Shown here: positions 21,192-31,344 of the stretch, piece by piece
How the letters are laid out: each line of letters starts with the position of its first letter
How positions within the stretch are numbered: position 1 is the first letter of the stretch
NCBI GenBank assembly: GCA_963662465.1
Contig: OY759599.1
Span: forward strand, 6,048,001-6,112,000
DNA length: 64,000 nt
Source of the DNA: Desulfatiglandales bacterium
Lineage (GTDB): Bacteria > Desulfobacterota > DSM-4660 > Desulfatiglandales > Desulfatiglandaceae
Direction of reading: 5' to 3'
Notes under the pieces: model-generated
Databases searched by the model: none
What the model saw: the letters and a program-made list of their open reading frames with translations, nothing else
What the model was told of the DNA's origin: nothing
Translations under genes and position numbers: made by a program

Positions 21192-21698
21192 TTAAGTCAG
21201 TTTCAATACAGCAATGATAACCCCGGACATGGTCACGGTCAGTCCAAAAGACCAGACCATAAAACGGTCTATCCTTTTGGTGAGGCTTTCAAAGCGAGCA
21301 TCCATCTGCTCAAAGCGTTTATCTACTTGTTCGAAGCGCTTATCCACCTGTTCGAAGCGCTTATCCATGTCCTCACGCATTTCTTCGAAGCGCTTGTCCA
21401 CTTGCTCGAAACGCTTATTTATATCCTCACGCATTTCTTCGGAACGTTTATCCACCTGTTCGAAGCGCTTATTCATGTCCTCACGCATTTCTTCAAAGCG
21501 CTTGTCCATCAGGTCGAAGCCCTGCTTCATCAAATCACGCTGGTTTTTTAATTCTTCTTCCACCCGAACCATGCGTTCACGAAGCTCTATCTCATAGACG
21601 TGAGGCGGTTTGGAAAAATTCTGCATCTGCAGCCAACCACTCAGGTTACTGCGCACATACTCACCGATGGCTTCATAATCTTCCTGTGCAATAGGCAT
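21192..21698 (-). CDS. Membrane-anchored repeat coiled-coil protein, copy 1 (168 aa)
   Basis: GAGGAG RBS; RFEQVDK and RFEEMREDMDK repeats; C-terminal hydrophobic helix. Confidence 0.85.
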   Translation of the reverse strand: MPIAQEDYEAIGEYVRSNLSGWLQMQNFSKPPHVYEIELRERMVRVEEELKNQRDLMKQGFDLMDKRFEEMREDMNKRFEQVDKRSEEMREDINKRFEQVDKRFEEMREDMDKRFEQVDKRFEQVDKRFEQMDARFESLTKRIDRFMVWSFGLTVTMSGVIIAVLKLT

Positions 21699-22086
21699 TT
21701 TGATTGCTCCTCATTGTTGTTGGGGCCATGTTGATGTTACGACCCTTATAATCTAAGGCGGCAAACCGCAGTTTTAAGTTTTAAGTTCTTCTAGCAATGA
21801 ATTTCTGTTGTTATATTGATCATCTTGTTTTTTTCGAAGCATTTAATCTGTAAGTCACTAAAGCATGTTTTCCTGAACATTTGAAAAGCGTTAGGTTTCC
21901 TGAACTCTTTCATTACATTAACGAGCATAACCTTTCCCAAAACTGAAGTCAATCCTATGAAATTCCAGCCGCATTTTCTATCCTTTCCAAGGATCAGTTT
22001 ACAAAAAATCCCCAAAGAACCCTGAAGTCAGATTCACGCTTTTTTTGCTTTATATCAATGGCTTGGCTTGGTCCGCCCCACAATTA

Positions 22087-22242
22087 GGGAACTGGAAGAA
22101 AATACGACGCATATCATGCAGAATTTTTGTTCGTCTTCAAGGCGTGATGGCAGGTGCATAGTGGGCTATGTGCCTGTTATCACAACGTAGAAGACGAGCA
22201 AAAAGGCAAACAGGATGCGTAGATTATTTTTTGGAAGGTCCC
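22087..22242. mobile_element. 156-bp palindromic miniature element
   Basis: GGGAACT...AGGTCCC ends flanked by TTA on both sides; the interior folds as one long imperfect hairpin centred on CATAG-TGGG-CTATG. Confidence 0.7.
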
Positions 22243-22779
22243 TTACATCAATTGTCCCAATCACCTGGTTTGCAAAATTTATAAAAATATCGGCATCCTT
22301 CATTTTCCAGTTTACACTTTTGTCCCCATGCATTTCGTTTCCAAACATGAAACTCCCCCCAGAGACAAGGCATGCCTTGTCTCTACAGCAGCCGCGTGCC
22401 TTTGTACAACCTGCTTTTGTGTTCCATGAGAATGTACCCGCCAAAATTCCAGTACAAACACCCCGCCGTCAAGCAAAAACCCATTTTGCTCTTCGCTGTC
22501 GTATATTCCTTTTACGATCTCTTTTTATTTCTCGCGCAAAGACGCCAAGACGCAAAGTTTGGGCTTGGTCCTAACTTCAATACCCGTGAATGAATAGTAT
22601 TCATGCCGATTTTCAACCATGAAGAACATGAAGGTCATGAAGAAAAAGGGTTTCAAGGACTGCCTGACCGACGGTTGTCGCCTTTTTAGCCATTGCAGTC
22701 CGGATGTTTTCTTTTTTTAAAGGCCTTCATGTTCTTCATGTTCTTCATGGTGACTATTAAGAGTGTTGCATTCTAAGAT

Positions 22780-24459
22780 CAATACCCGTGAATGAATTGG
22801 CTTCACTTTTTCTGAGGCCAATCCTCAGTAAAGATAATCGTCAAAATAAAAAGAAATTCTATATAAAAGCGAGAAAAAACGATCTAATAAGGCCATACGG
22901 CTGATTTTAGCGAATAATGCCGCAATACGGAGCGGGACATTCGCTTCATACTCGTTTAAACTCTGATGGGTTCATGTAAAGACCAACTAATCAGAAAACT
23001 TAGACGAGGATAGAGTCATGATCAAAAGGGTTTCAGAAATTTTTTCCAAAATTGAAAGTGATTTTGAGTTTGCTCCTTTTGAAAAAATTATTCAACCGAT
23101 CATTGAGGATGCTCTCAAAGAACATCAGAAAGACAAATACAGGAAAGGCACGATTCTGACGCCGGTTGTTTTGGTTTGGCTATGCTTTGCATTAGCTTTG
23201 CGTCGAAACTTGAATTACGACAAAACTTTGAACTGGCTGGTCGCCGGTATGCGCTGGAAGGATTTGGATTTCCATGGAAAATTTGTAAAAGCAGGCACGA
23301 TTAGCCATGCTCGATCCAAAATGGGAATTGACGTCTTTCGTACCATTTTTTACAGATTTGCTTCGACTTTCAAAGACATTGAACCTCCTGATTTTCATGG
23401 AATGAGAACCGCTATGTTTGATGGTACCTCCTTGACAATGCCGGACACTGAAAGCAATTGGCAAAAGTTTGGAAAACACAACTCGGGAAGAGGCTACGGC
23501 GCATTCCCGCAAATGAGATTGGTTGCATTAATGGGTCTGACTGCCCGTCGAATTATAGATATTGCTTATGCTCCCTACAAAGGAAAAAAGACCGGCGAAA
23601 GAACCTTGATGTTTCAAATCCTGAAAAGATGTTCAATAGAAAGCGCATTATTGCTTTTTGATGCTGGATTTTACTCATTTGATTTGGCCAATTATATGTT
23701 CGAGAATGGGATTCAACACATTATGAAAATAGCAAAATCGGGAAAATTAAAACCAATTCCTGGTTCCCAAATGCTTGACGGCAGTTATCTGAGCAAAATT
23801 GACGGGAAAATCGTTGAATCGGAAGACCCGAAAACCGGCCGGAAAAAATGGAAAAAGGTTGAAATAATCGTTCGTGTAATTCATTTCCAAATTCCAGGTT
23901 TTCGACCTGTACGTTTAATTACAAGCCTCTTGGATTCAGATATCAGCGCAAAAGAGATTGTCACCCATTATCATAAGCGCTGGGATATAGAAATTGCTTT
24001 TGATGAAATTAAAACTCATCAGTGCGCTACTCTTAAAGGGCAAATGCCGACCATAATTCGTAGTAAACGCAGTGATTTGGTTGAACAGGAATTGTATTCA
24101 ATAATGATCGTATACAATCTGATTCGCTCTTTGATCCAAGAAGCAACAAACATGGAAGGCGGTGATCCTTTGTTGATCAGTTTCGTAGATACTGTCGATC
24201 TTATCATACAAAGTGCCCCACTCATGAGTATGATAACGGGAAAGAGAAAAGAAAAGCGGTCTTTTCTGCTTAAAATGATCGCAGAATCAAAAATTGATAG
24301 ACCACGCAGACCCAGACGTAATCCACGGGTCATAAAAGTAAAAATGTCTAATTTCAAACGAAAGCGTAGCAAGGATAAATCGCAAACCGTCCATTTCAAT
24401 CAAGATGTGGAAGTCCTGTACAAAAAGGCAGCATGAACATCATTCATTCACGGGTATTG
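22780..24459 (+). mobile_element. IS4-family insertion sequence (1680 bp)
   Basis: 18-bp IRs CAATACCCGTGAATGAAT; 10-bp TSD ATTCTAAGAT at 22770-22779 and 24460-24469; empty site present at about 20954. Confidence 0.95.
23018..24436 (+). CDS. IS4-family transposase
   Basis: FDGT, FDAGF and YHKRWDIEIAFDEIK (YREK) motifs. Confidence 0.93.
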   Translation: MIKRVSEIFSKIESDFEFAPFEKIIQPIIEDALKEHQKDKYRKGTILTPVVLVWLCFALALRRNLNYDKTLNWLVAGMRWKDLDFHGKFVKAGTISHARSKMGIDVFRTIFYRFASTFKDIEPPDFHGMRTAMFDGTSLTMPDTESNWQKFGKHNSGRGYGAFPQMRLVALMGLTARRIIDIAYAPYKGKKTGERTLMFQILKRCSIESALLLFDAGFYSFDLANYMFENGIQHIMKIAKSGKLKPIPGSQMLDGSYLSKIDGKIVESEDPKTGRKKWKKVEIIVRVIHFQIPGFRPVRLITSLLDSDISAKEIVTHYHKRWDIEIAFDEIKTHQCATLKGQMPTIIRSKRSDLVEQELYSIMIVYNLIRSLIQEATNMEGGDPLLISFVDTVDLIIQSAPLMSMITGKRKEKRSFLLKMIAESKIDRPRRPRRNPRVIKVKMSNFKRKRSKDKSQTVHFNQDVEVLYKKAA

Positions 24460-24697
24460 ATTCTAAGATCTTATGTCTTTCAACTATGTGAACAGGATTC
24501 ATTCACGGGTATTGGGTTTAGGTACACTGCAATGTCACGCCCTTACAGGGCTCTGCATCAGAGGCTTGCCCATTCAGTCGCGAGGTGCGAACCGTAGAAT
24601 GTTGAACAAGGAATTCGGTTTCTCCTTACATTTCATCGTTATCAGTGATTTGCTGATTAATTTCATATTGTCCGGCCATTCGGTAATCCCAGTCTGC

Positions 24698-25246
24698 TTA
24701 AGTCAGTTTCAATACGGCAATGATAACCCCGGACATGGTCACGGTCAGTCCAAAAGACCAGACCATGAAACGATCTATCCTTTTGGTGAAGCTTTCAAAG
24801 CGAGCATCCATCTGCTCGAAGCGCTTATCCACCTGCTCGAAGCGTTTATCTACCTGTTCAAAGCGCTTATCTACCTGCTCAAAGCGCCGTTCCACCTGAT
24901 CGAAACGTTTATTCATGTCCTCACGCATTTCTTCGGAACGTTTGTCCACCTGTTCGAAGCGCTTATTCATGTCCTCACGCATTTCTTCGGAACGTTTGTC
25001 CACCTGTTCGAAGCGCTTATTCATGTCCTCACGCATTTCTTCAAAGCGCTTGTCCATCAGGTCGAAGCCCTGCTTCATCAAATCACGCTGGTTTTTTAAT
25101 TCTTCTTCCACCCGAACCATGCGTTCACGAAGCTCTATCTCATAGACATGAGGCGGTTTGGAAAAACTCTGCATCTGCAGCCAACCACTCAGGTTACTGC
25201 GCACATACTCACCGATGGCTTCATAATCTTCCTGTGCAATAGGCAT
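24698..25246 (-). CDS. Membrane-anchored repeat coiled-coil protein, copy 2 (182 aa)
   Basis: Paralog of 21192-21698 with two more heptads. Confidence 0.85.
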   Translation of the reverse strand: MPIAQEDYEAIGEYVRSNLSGWLQMQSFSKPPHVYEIELRERMVRVEEELKNQRDLMKQGFDLMDKRFEEMREDMNKRFEQVDKRSEEMREDMNKRFEQVDKRSEEMREDMNKRFDQVERRFEQVDKRFEQVDKRFEQVDKRFEQMDARFESFTKRIDRFMVWSFGLTVTMSGVIIAVLKLT

Positions 25247-25524
25247 TTTGATTGCTCCTCATTGTTGTTGGGGCCATGTTGTTCTTACGGTCCTTATAAT
25301 CTAAGGCGGCAAACCGCAGTTTTAAGTTCTTCTAGCAATGAATTTCTGTTGTTATATTGATCATCTTGTTTCTTTCGAAGCATTTAATCTGTAAGTCACT
25401 AAAGCATGTTTTCCTGAACATTTGAAAAACGTTAGGTTTCCTGAACTCTTTCATTACATTAACGAGCATAACCTTTCCCAAAACTGAAGTCAATCCTATG
25501 AAATTCCAGCCGCATTTTCTATCC

Positions 25525-25662
25525 TTATACCTTTCGCAAATAGCGTTGCATAATGGAATTCCTTTTGAACTAAAGGTTCCAAATAAGGTTACCGCTAAAA
25601 CACTTCAAGACGCTGAAAATAGAAAAAACCTTCATCAAGTAGGGGGAAAGACCCTTTTTTAA
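25525..25662 (+). pseudogene. RelB/DinJ-family antitoxin 3' fragment
   Basis: Translated by hand as LYLSQIALHNGIPFELKVPNKVTAKTLQDAE; starts at the duplication breakpoint; no toxin gene follows. Confidence 0.65.
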
Positions 25663-25910
25663 ACTGAGCACCCTGATGAACCTTGTCATAATCAAGTAAT
25701 CCTATCATCCTTTTTAATCATGGTTCAAGACGATGCTGCCAACGCCGAATTGCAAGGGAACGAGCGCTTCCTAAATTGTCCCAGTTTGTGACCGTAGCCT
25801 TTTTTTTGGTTTCGCGCTTGTTGATTCCTCAATTTCCGGTTGCTCATGACTGGGTTGCATTTTCTGGTCTGTTTCTGGGGCGGATACGGGGTTCGGTAGG
25901 TATGGGTACA

Positions 25911-26016
25911 GGGCAGGCACAGGGGCCTGCCCCTACGGGGACATTGTAGGTTAATGCCAATCCCAATTTTACCGGTTAGCGCGGTCTCCCGTAGGGGCAA
26001 CCCCCTGTGGTTGCCC
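25911..26016. repeat. Pair of GTAG-type REP elements
   Basis: GGGCAGGCACAGGGGCCTGCCCCTAC and GTAGGGGCAACCCCCTGTGGTTGCCC. Confidence 0.75.
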
Positions 26017-26296
26017 TGTTTGTGCCCACAAATCTAGAAATTTGGGGGGCCAAAAACCGAGCAACAAATTTGAGCGCTTTTGGCTCTTTTTAGACGCCCT
26101 AGGTTTAGGTACACTGCAATGTCACGCCCTTACAGGGCTTTGCATCAGAGGCTTGCCAATTCAGTCGCCCGCTGTTAAAAGGGGTGCAATACAAAAAGGT
26201 TGCATAGAATAAAACGTGATTATTTCCGTACAACAATCATAGGACCGCCAACTGATTAATTTCATATTGTTCAGCCATTCGGTAATCCCAGTCTGC

Positions 26297-27016
26297 TTAA
26301 GTCAGTTTCAATACGGCAATGATAACCCCGGACATGGTCACGGTCAGTCCAAAAGACCAGACCATAAAACGGTCTATCCTTTTGGTGAGGCTTTCAAAGC
26401 GCTTATCTACCTGCTCAAAGCGCCGTTCCACCTGATCGAAACGTTTATCCATATCCTCGTGCATCTGCTCAAAGCGCTTATCCACCTGCTCGAAGCGCCT
26501 GTTCACCTGTTCGAAGCGCTTATCCATGTCCTCACGCATTTCTTCGAAGCGCTTATCCACCTGCTCGAAGCGCCTGTTCACCTGTTCGAAGTGCTTATCC
26601 ATGTCCTCACGCATTTCTTCGAAGCGCTTATCCACCTGCTCGAAGCGCTTATCCATGTCCTCACGCATTTCTTCGAAGCGCTTATCCACCTGCTCGAAGC
26701 GCCTGTTCACCTGCTCGAAGCGCTTATCCATGTCCTCACGCATTTCTTCGAAGCGCTTGTCCACCTGTTCGAAGCGCTTATCCACCTGTTCGAAGCGCTT
26801 ATCCACCTGTTCGAAGCGCTTGTCCATCAGGTCGAAGCCCTGCTTCATCAAATCACGCTGGTTTTTTAATTCTTCTTCCACCCGAACCATGCGTTCACGA
26901 AGCTCTATCTCATAGACGTGAGGTGGTTTGGAAAAACTCTGCGCCTGCAGCCAACCACTCAGGTTACTGCGCACATACTCACCGATGGCTTCATAATCTT
27001 CCTGTGCAATAGGCAT
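26297..27016 (-). CDS. Membrane-anchored repeat coiled-coil protein, copy 3 (239 aa)
   Basis: Same head and anchor as copies 1 and 2; stalk of 13 heptads and 5 hendecads. Confidence 0.85.
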   Translation of the reverse strand: MPIAQEDYEAIGEYVRSNLSGWLQAQSFSKPPHVYEIELRERMVRVEEELKNQRDLMKQGFDLMDKRFEQVDKRFEQVDKRFEQVDKRFEEMREDMDKRFEQVNRRFEQVDKRFEEMREDMDKRFEQVDKRFEEMREDMDKHFEQVNRRFEQVDKRFEEMREDMDKRFEQVNRRFEQVDKRFEQMHEDMDKRFDQVERRFEQVDKRFESLTKRIDRFMVWSFGLTVTMSGVIIAVLKLT

Positions 27017-27117
27017 TTTGATTGCTCCTCATTGTTGCTGGGGCCATGTTGATGTTACGGTCCTTATAATCTAAGGCGGCAAGCCGCAGTTTTAAGTTTT
27101 AGAATTTGATGGCACAC

Positions 27118-27345
27118 TTAAATCTGATCTTCCGTCTGCTTCCGCTCCGGCATGAAATCACTGGAAACACCTGGTGCATCAAACCAGTCATCCCAGGATT
27201 GACCCGCCGGTGCAATGATTCGCTTGCTGCCGATTGCCGTGATTTCAACATCCTTGACTGATTCCGGGAAGGCAATCTGCTTGGAAAGACGAACTGCCTG
27301 ACTTCGATTGCTTTTAAAAAGTTTGGTTTGGAGAGAAGACATCAT
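27118..27345 (-). CDS. vapB: VapB-type (AbrB/SpoVT fold) antitoxin, orphan
   Basis: TKLFKSNRSQAVRL...SWDDWF...SSDFM motifs; GGAGG RBS; no vapC downstream. Confidence 0.85.
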   Translation of the reverse strand: MMSSLQTKLFKSNRSQAVRLSKQIAFPESVKDVEITAIGSKRIIAPAGQSWDDWFDAPGVSSDFMPERKQTEDQI

Positions 27346-27437
27346 GCTACCTCCATCTAAGATTCATCTGTTTTGGTGATTCAAGCAGCCAGAATTCAGG
27401 AAACAGGATTCAGAATACATATTTACCAACGTTTCAA

Positions 27438-27466
27438 ATGATATAAACCACTCAAGGATATGTCAA
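27438..27466 (-). promoter_or_regulatory. Sigma70-like promoter of vapB
   Basis: TTGACA-17 nt-TATCAT on the minus strand. Confidence 0.7.
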
Positions 27467-27469
27467 TAG

Positions 27470-29412
27470 GAGAGGTTTGCGCTGTACCGTTTTTGTGCCG
27501 TACCGGGGGTGTTCTGGGCCCCAAAAAAACGCGGGCGCGAGGTCTGAGAGGGCGACATGGCAGCAGAATATTATGGTTTCCAAAGACATACCCCAAAAAC
27601 CCGATAATTGGACATGCTAATCCCTTTAAATTTAAATTAAATCATTTATTTATAACTATTTTAAATAAATTGGATTAGGCGGCTCTGGCTATTGGCCGTA
27701 CAAGGGAGCGCATTTGCTCAATACGGCCAGCCCTTACATGACCAAGGGCCATTGCCATCATTACGGCGGTGGCCAAGCAAACTCTTGTTTGCATTTTGGC
27801 TTGGCCGCGTATGTAATGTTTCTCAAAACCAAAATCATTATCGATCCGACTGTTGATTCTCTCCAAAGAAGAACGCCGATTATACGCTCGGTCCCAACCC
27901 TGCGTACCATAGGGAATGGGTGTGAAGATTCGCCGATCTTCCTCAGTGATATTTATTCTGACAATTCGCCCATAATCTCCGGGATTAACTTGCCCCGCAG
28001 ATGAACACTCTCCACATCCTTCACAGGAAAAGCCGTTTGCAGCTGCGGGACAACGATATTTCAGGGTATTGCGATTTTTTTCAAAGCCACAAAAAGCCAT
28101 GTCCCGCTGTTCTCCAGTAGCCGGACAAATACAATGGACTGTCCCTTTCTCAGTATACACAATGGTATCTGCCCGGTCAGGATAAAGAGGTCGTGTGATC
28201 GGTTTTGCAGGATCGTATCCCGGCTCATTCTTTTCATCTCTCCACAGTTCACGGGTATCAATGCCGGGCCGAATCCCATATTCATCCAACAGCTGAGCCT
28301 TAGTTTTGCCGGAATCCAAACCACGGTCCGCCACAAAATCATCACAGCGCTCGCCAAGCTGCGGTGTTTCCTCAAAAATTTCTTTGATCATGCTTCGCAG
28401 TTCCTTGTGTTCCGAATGCGAGGCAGGTGTTACATGAACTGCCACCGGAATTTCATATAGGGTATCAGCGATCAAATGAAGGCCATATCCAAACCAGCTT
28501 TTTACTTTTGTCCACTGCTTTCCGGTTTTACTGTCTGTCCCTTTCGTTTCATGCTTGCCCCAATCTGCATCCGTATCGGAGGTTTCACCGGTTTTCCGGC
28601 TTTCTTGTCCCGTACTATAACTGTTGATAGCCTTGCCGTCATACCCTAAATGACAACCAAAATCAGGGAGTTCTGTCATTAAGGATTCTCGAAGCCCACG
28701 CACCATGCCGCTGACCATATTACCATATTCTTCCAGTTCTATGACGCTCCTTAAAAATCTTGAGAAATTCCAACTACCTGGAACCAAAAAATATGCATTT
28801 CCGCTCTCAGACCGTATGATTTCCATTCGGCCCGTTTCCTCATTGCGTCTCAGTTCAGCTACCGGTTTTTTTTGCCTCGGCAGAATATCAAATCCGCATG
28901 CCTCTAATAACGCCGGATTCCTGGACAATTCGCGAATCAAAGATTCAATGGATGCATGCTGGAACACGACTCCCGCAATAAGCGCGTTCCACATTGCGCG
29001 TATCGGAAAATCATCTCTCCCATTGCCGCGACGCTTTTCAAGTGCCGCTACAATATTCTCATCAGGCAGATTATCGCGCACCAGATAGAAACGGTCCAAA
29101 TCCGAGCGTGCTTCGACATCATTCCACGAAAAAAGAAACGGACTCACTGCTGCCAAGTTTCGGCCTCCATCAAATATTTAAAGAAACACTCTATCCTGTT
29201 ATCTGATGAAGGCATTGTACAATATTTTGTATTAAAATCAAGGTATTCCGACAAGTTCTTTCGCTTGGGGTGAAAAAATGGAAAATTCCGACTCGATCTA
29301 GCTAAGTGCTTGATTTCAGGATGCCCACCCATCTTTTTTTTGGGGTAATGTTTTTTTGACACTGCCAAATCCCTCCAGGATACCAGAGACTTAAGCACAG
29401 CGCAAACCCCTC
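27470..29412 (-). mobile_element. Insertion sequence (IS1182/IS5-like DDE, 1943 bp)
   Basis: 16-bp IR GAGAGGTTTGCGCTGT / ACAGCGCAAACCCCTC; 5-bp TSD AATAG at 27465-27469 and 29413-29417. Family assignment tentative. Confidence 0.85.
27675..29156 (-). CDS. DDE transposase
   Basis: GYDGK, WFGYGLHLIAD, ADRGLDS and YNRRSSLERINSR motifs with a Cys-rich insertion. Confidence 0.88.
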   Translation of the reverse strand: MAAVSPFLFSWNDVEARSDLDRFYLVRDNLPDENIVAALEKRRGNGRDDFPIRAMWNALIAGVVFQHASIESLIRELSRNPALLEACGFDILPRQKKPVAELRRNEETGRMEIIRSESGNAYFLVPGSWNFSRFLRSVIELEEYGNMVSGMVRGLRESLMTELPDFGCHLGYDGKAINSYSTGQESRKTGETSDTDADWGKHETKGTDSKTGKQWTKVKSWFGYGLHLIADTLYEIPVAVHVTPASHSEHKELRSMIKEIFEETPQLGERCDDFVADRGLDSGKTKAQLLDEYGIRPGIDTRELWRDEKNEPGYDPAKPITRPLYPDRADTIVYTEKGTVHCICPATGEQRDMAFCGFEKNRNTLKYRCPAAANGFSCEGCGECSSAGQVNPGDYGRIVRINITEEDRRIFTPIPYGTQGWDRAYNRRSSLERINSRIDNDFGFEKHYIRGQAKMQTRVCLATAVMMAMALGHVRAGRIEQMRSLVRPIARAA

Positions 29413-29423
29413 AATAGGATATC

Positions 29424-31344
29424 CAGGGTGAATTTATTCTTCCGAATTATCCAAATAAAATATAAAAGTTGCGCTACATTATGGACAGAAACCCTCGGAT
29501 GGTGTATATACTGTGACAGGCACCAAACCAATTCGGGGTTTAAATTCTTGAACGTTAAGCAAGTCCGCATTCAAATAGTCCGCCCGCTTGAAGAACAACG
29601 CTTTCAGCATCTGATGCAGTCGCATCATTATTTGGGCGCTCTTCCCAAGATCAGCGAAACCCTCTGGTATACAGCTAGACTAAATAGTGAGTGGATTGCG
29701 CTTGTCAGTTTTTCTGCTCCCGCTTTGAAATGTACACCAAGGGACAGCTGGATCGGATGGAATTTTCGCCATCAATACGATCGACTGAAACTGGTAACCA
29801 ATAACAGTCGTTTTCTAATTTTGCCCGAATGGCATATTCCGAATCTCGCATCCCGTATCCTTTCATTATGTCGGAAGCGAATGCAGGCTGATTGGCAGGA
29901 GCGTTTCGGGCATCCGGTTGTACTCCTGGAAACCTTTGTGGACCCAAAGCAATTCCACGGAACCGTATATCGAGCGTCTAATTGGATATATGTTGGTAAA
30001 ACAAAGGGTTTTCATCGAACTCGCCAAGGCTACAGCGATAAAGCGGATTCACCGAAAATGGTTTTTCTTAAACCATTGGTTTCCAATGTTCAAGCACTGT
30101 TATCCCGACCTGTTCTCAAAAAACCATATCTTACAGGAGGTTACAAAATCATGCTCAGTGCGGAACATATGAAATCTCTACCCGACTTTTTTGCTCAAAT
30201 TCCCGACCCGCGTCGATCCCAGGGACGACGTCACAGGCTCTCCACTGTTCTGGCCATTGCCACCGCCGCAACACTGTGCGGAATGCGCGGTTATCTGGCG
30301 ATATCCGATTGGGTAAATGGTCTTGGACAAAAAGCCCTTGAGCGTTTCCGTTGCCGATATGAAAATAAGCGCTATGTAGCTCCCAGTCAGTCTACTATCC
30401 GTGATGTTCTGGTTCGCGTTGACCCCACAGAACTCGACAAAGCTCTCCAGCGTTGGAATCTGCTTTACGGTGAACAGGACGAAAGCTTGGCCATCGATGG
30501 AAAAACCATGTGTAATGCCATCGATGAACAAGGTTATCAGACTCACATCATGAGTGCTGTCGGCCATCAAACTAAGACCTGTTACACCCAAAAAAAGTCG
30601 GTTCTCTCCCTGTAGAAGGCAAAGACGAACTCAAGCGAACCAATGAAATCAAAACGGCTGCCCCTTTACTGGACGCGATCGATATCGAAGGCAAAGTCAT
30701 TTCAGCTGACGCACTGCTAACCCAAAGGACTTTTGCTAAATATTTGGTCGAGCAACGCAACGCCCATTACCATTTCATCGCCAAAAACAACCAGCCCACA
30801 TTACTTCAAGACATTTCCCTGTATTTTGAGGGCTGCAACGATCCTGATTTCATACAACACGATGCTCCCGATCATGGTCGCATCGAAGTGCGCAAAATAT
30901 GGACGACTACCGAACTTAACCTATACCTGGATTTCCCGTATGTCGGCCAGGCTTTTATGATCCAGAGAGAAGTTACAAACAAGAAAACCGGTAAATGCAC
31001 AGTTGAGGTTGCTTACGGCATAACGAGTCAATCACCTGATCAGGCGAATCCCGAACGTGTACTTTCTATCAATCGCGGTCACTGGAGCATTGAAAACGAG
31101 TGCCATTACATCATCGACTGGAACTACGACGAAGATCGAAGCCGAATAAGAACCGGCAATGGTCCTGAAAACATGACCAGGCTGCGTAGATTCGCGGTGG
31201 GCGTCATTAAGGCGAAAGGTGTTCGCAGTGTAGCCCAGAAAATGCGCCAGCTCACGCAGAACGTAAGGGGTGTCTTCGACTATCTCAAGATGACCAAAAA
31301 TTCAGTGCCCCAAGCGTGATACCTGTTAGAACAAATTTACCGTG
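29424..31344 (+). mobile_element. ISAs1-family insertion sequence (1921 bp)
   Basis: Ends CAGGGTGAATTTATTCT and AGAACAAATTTACCGTG; 10-bp TSD ATAGGATATC at 29414-29423 and 31345-31354. Confidence 0.93.
29548..31319 (+). CDS. ISAs1 transposase with N-terminal DUF4338/DruA-like domain, joined by a probable -1 frameshift
   Basis: ORF1 has HHYLG, NNSRFLILP, GTVYRASNW, then PDPR...GRRH and AIDGK. A_AAA_AAG at 30591-30597 leads into the -1 frame with TNEI, ADALLTQ, HGRIE and RGHWSIEN. Start TTG 29548 inferred. Confidence 0.85.

Larger units (their letters stand above)
20476..21985. repeat. Segmental duplication, copy 1 (IS4-type MITE plus coiled-coil gene)
   Basis: Near-identical to 22292-25526 once the IS4 insertion and the repeat-number difference are removed. 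Confidence 0.92.
22292..25526. repeat. Segmental duplication, copy 2 (carrying the IS4 insertion)
   Basis: Matches 20476-21985; its MITE copy spans 22578-24514 and contains the IS4 element. Confidence 0.92.

Noticed and set aside
21270..26830. 21/33-nt tandem repeats as a CRISPR array
   Set aside because: No unique spacers, the units are in-frame coding repeats, and there are no cas genes.
20967..26915. Plus-strand ORFs with HLFEALI and SKRLSTC repeats
   Set aside because: Antisense shadows of the coiled-coil genes; the minus-strand frame has the RBS and TM anchor.
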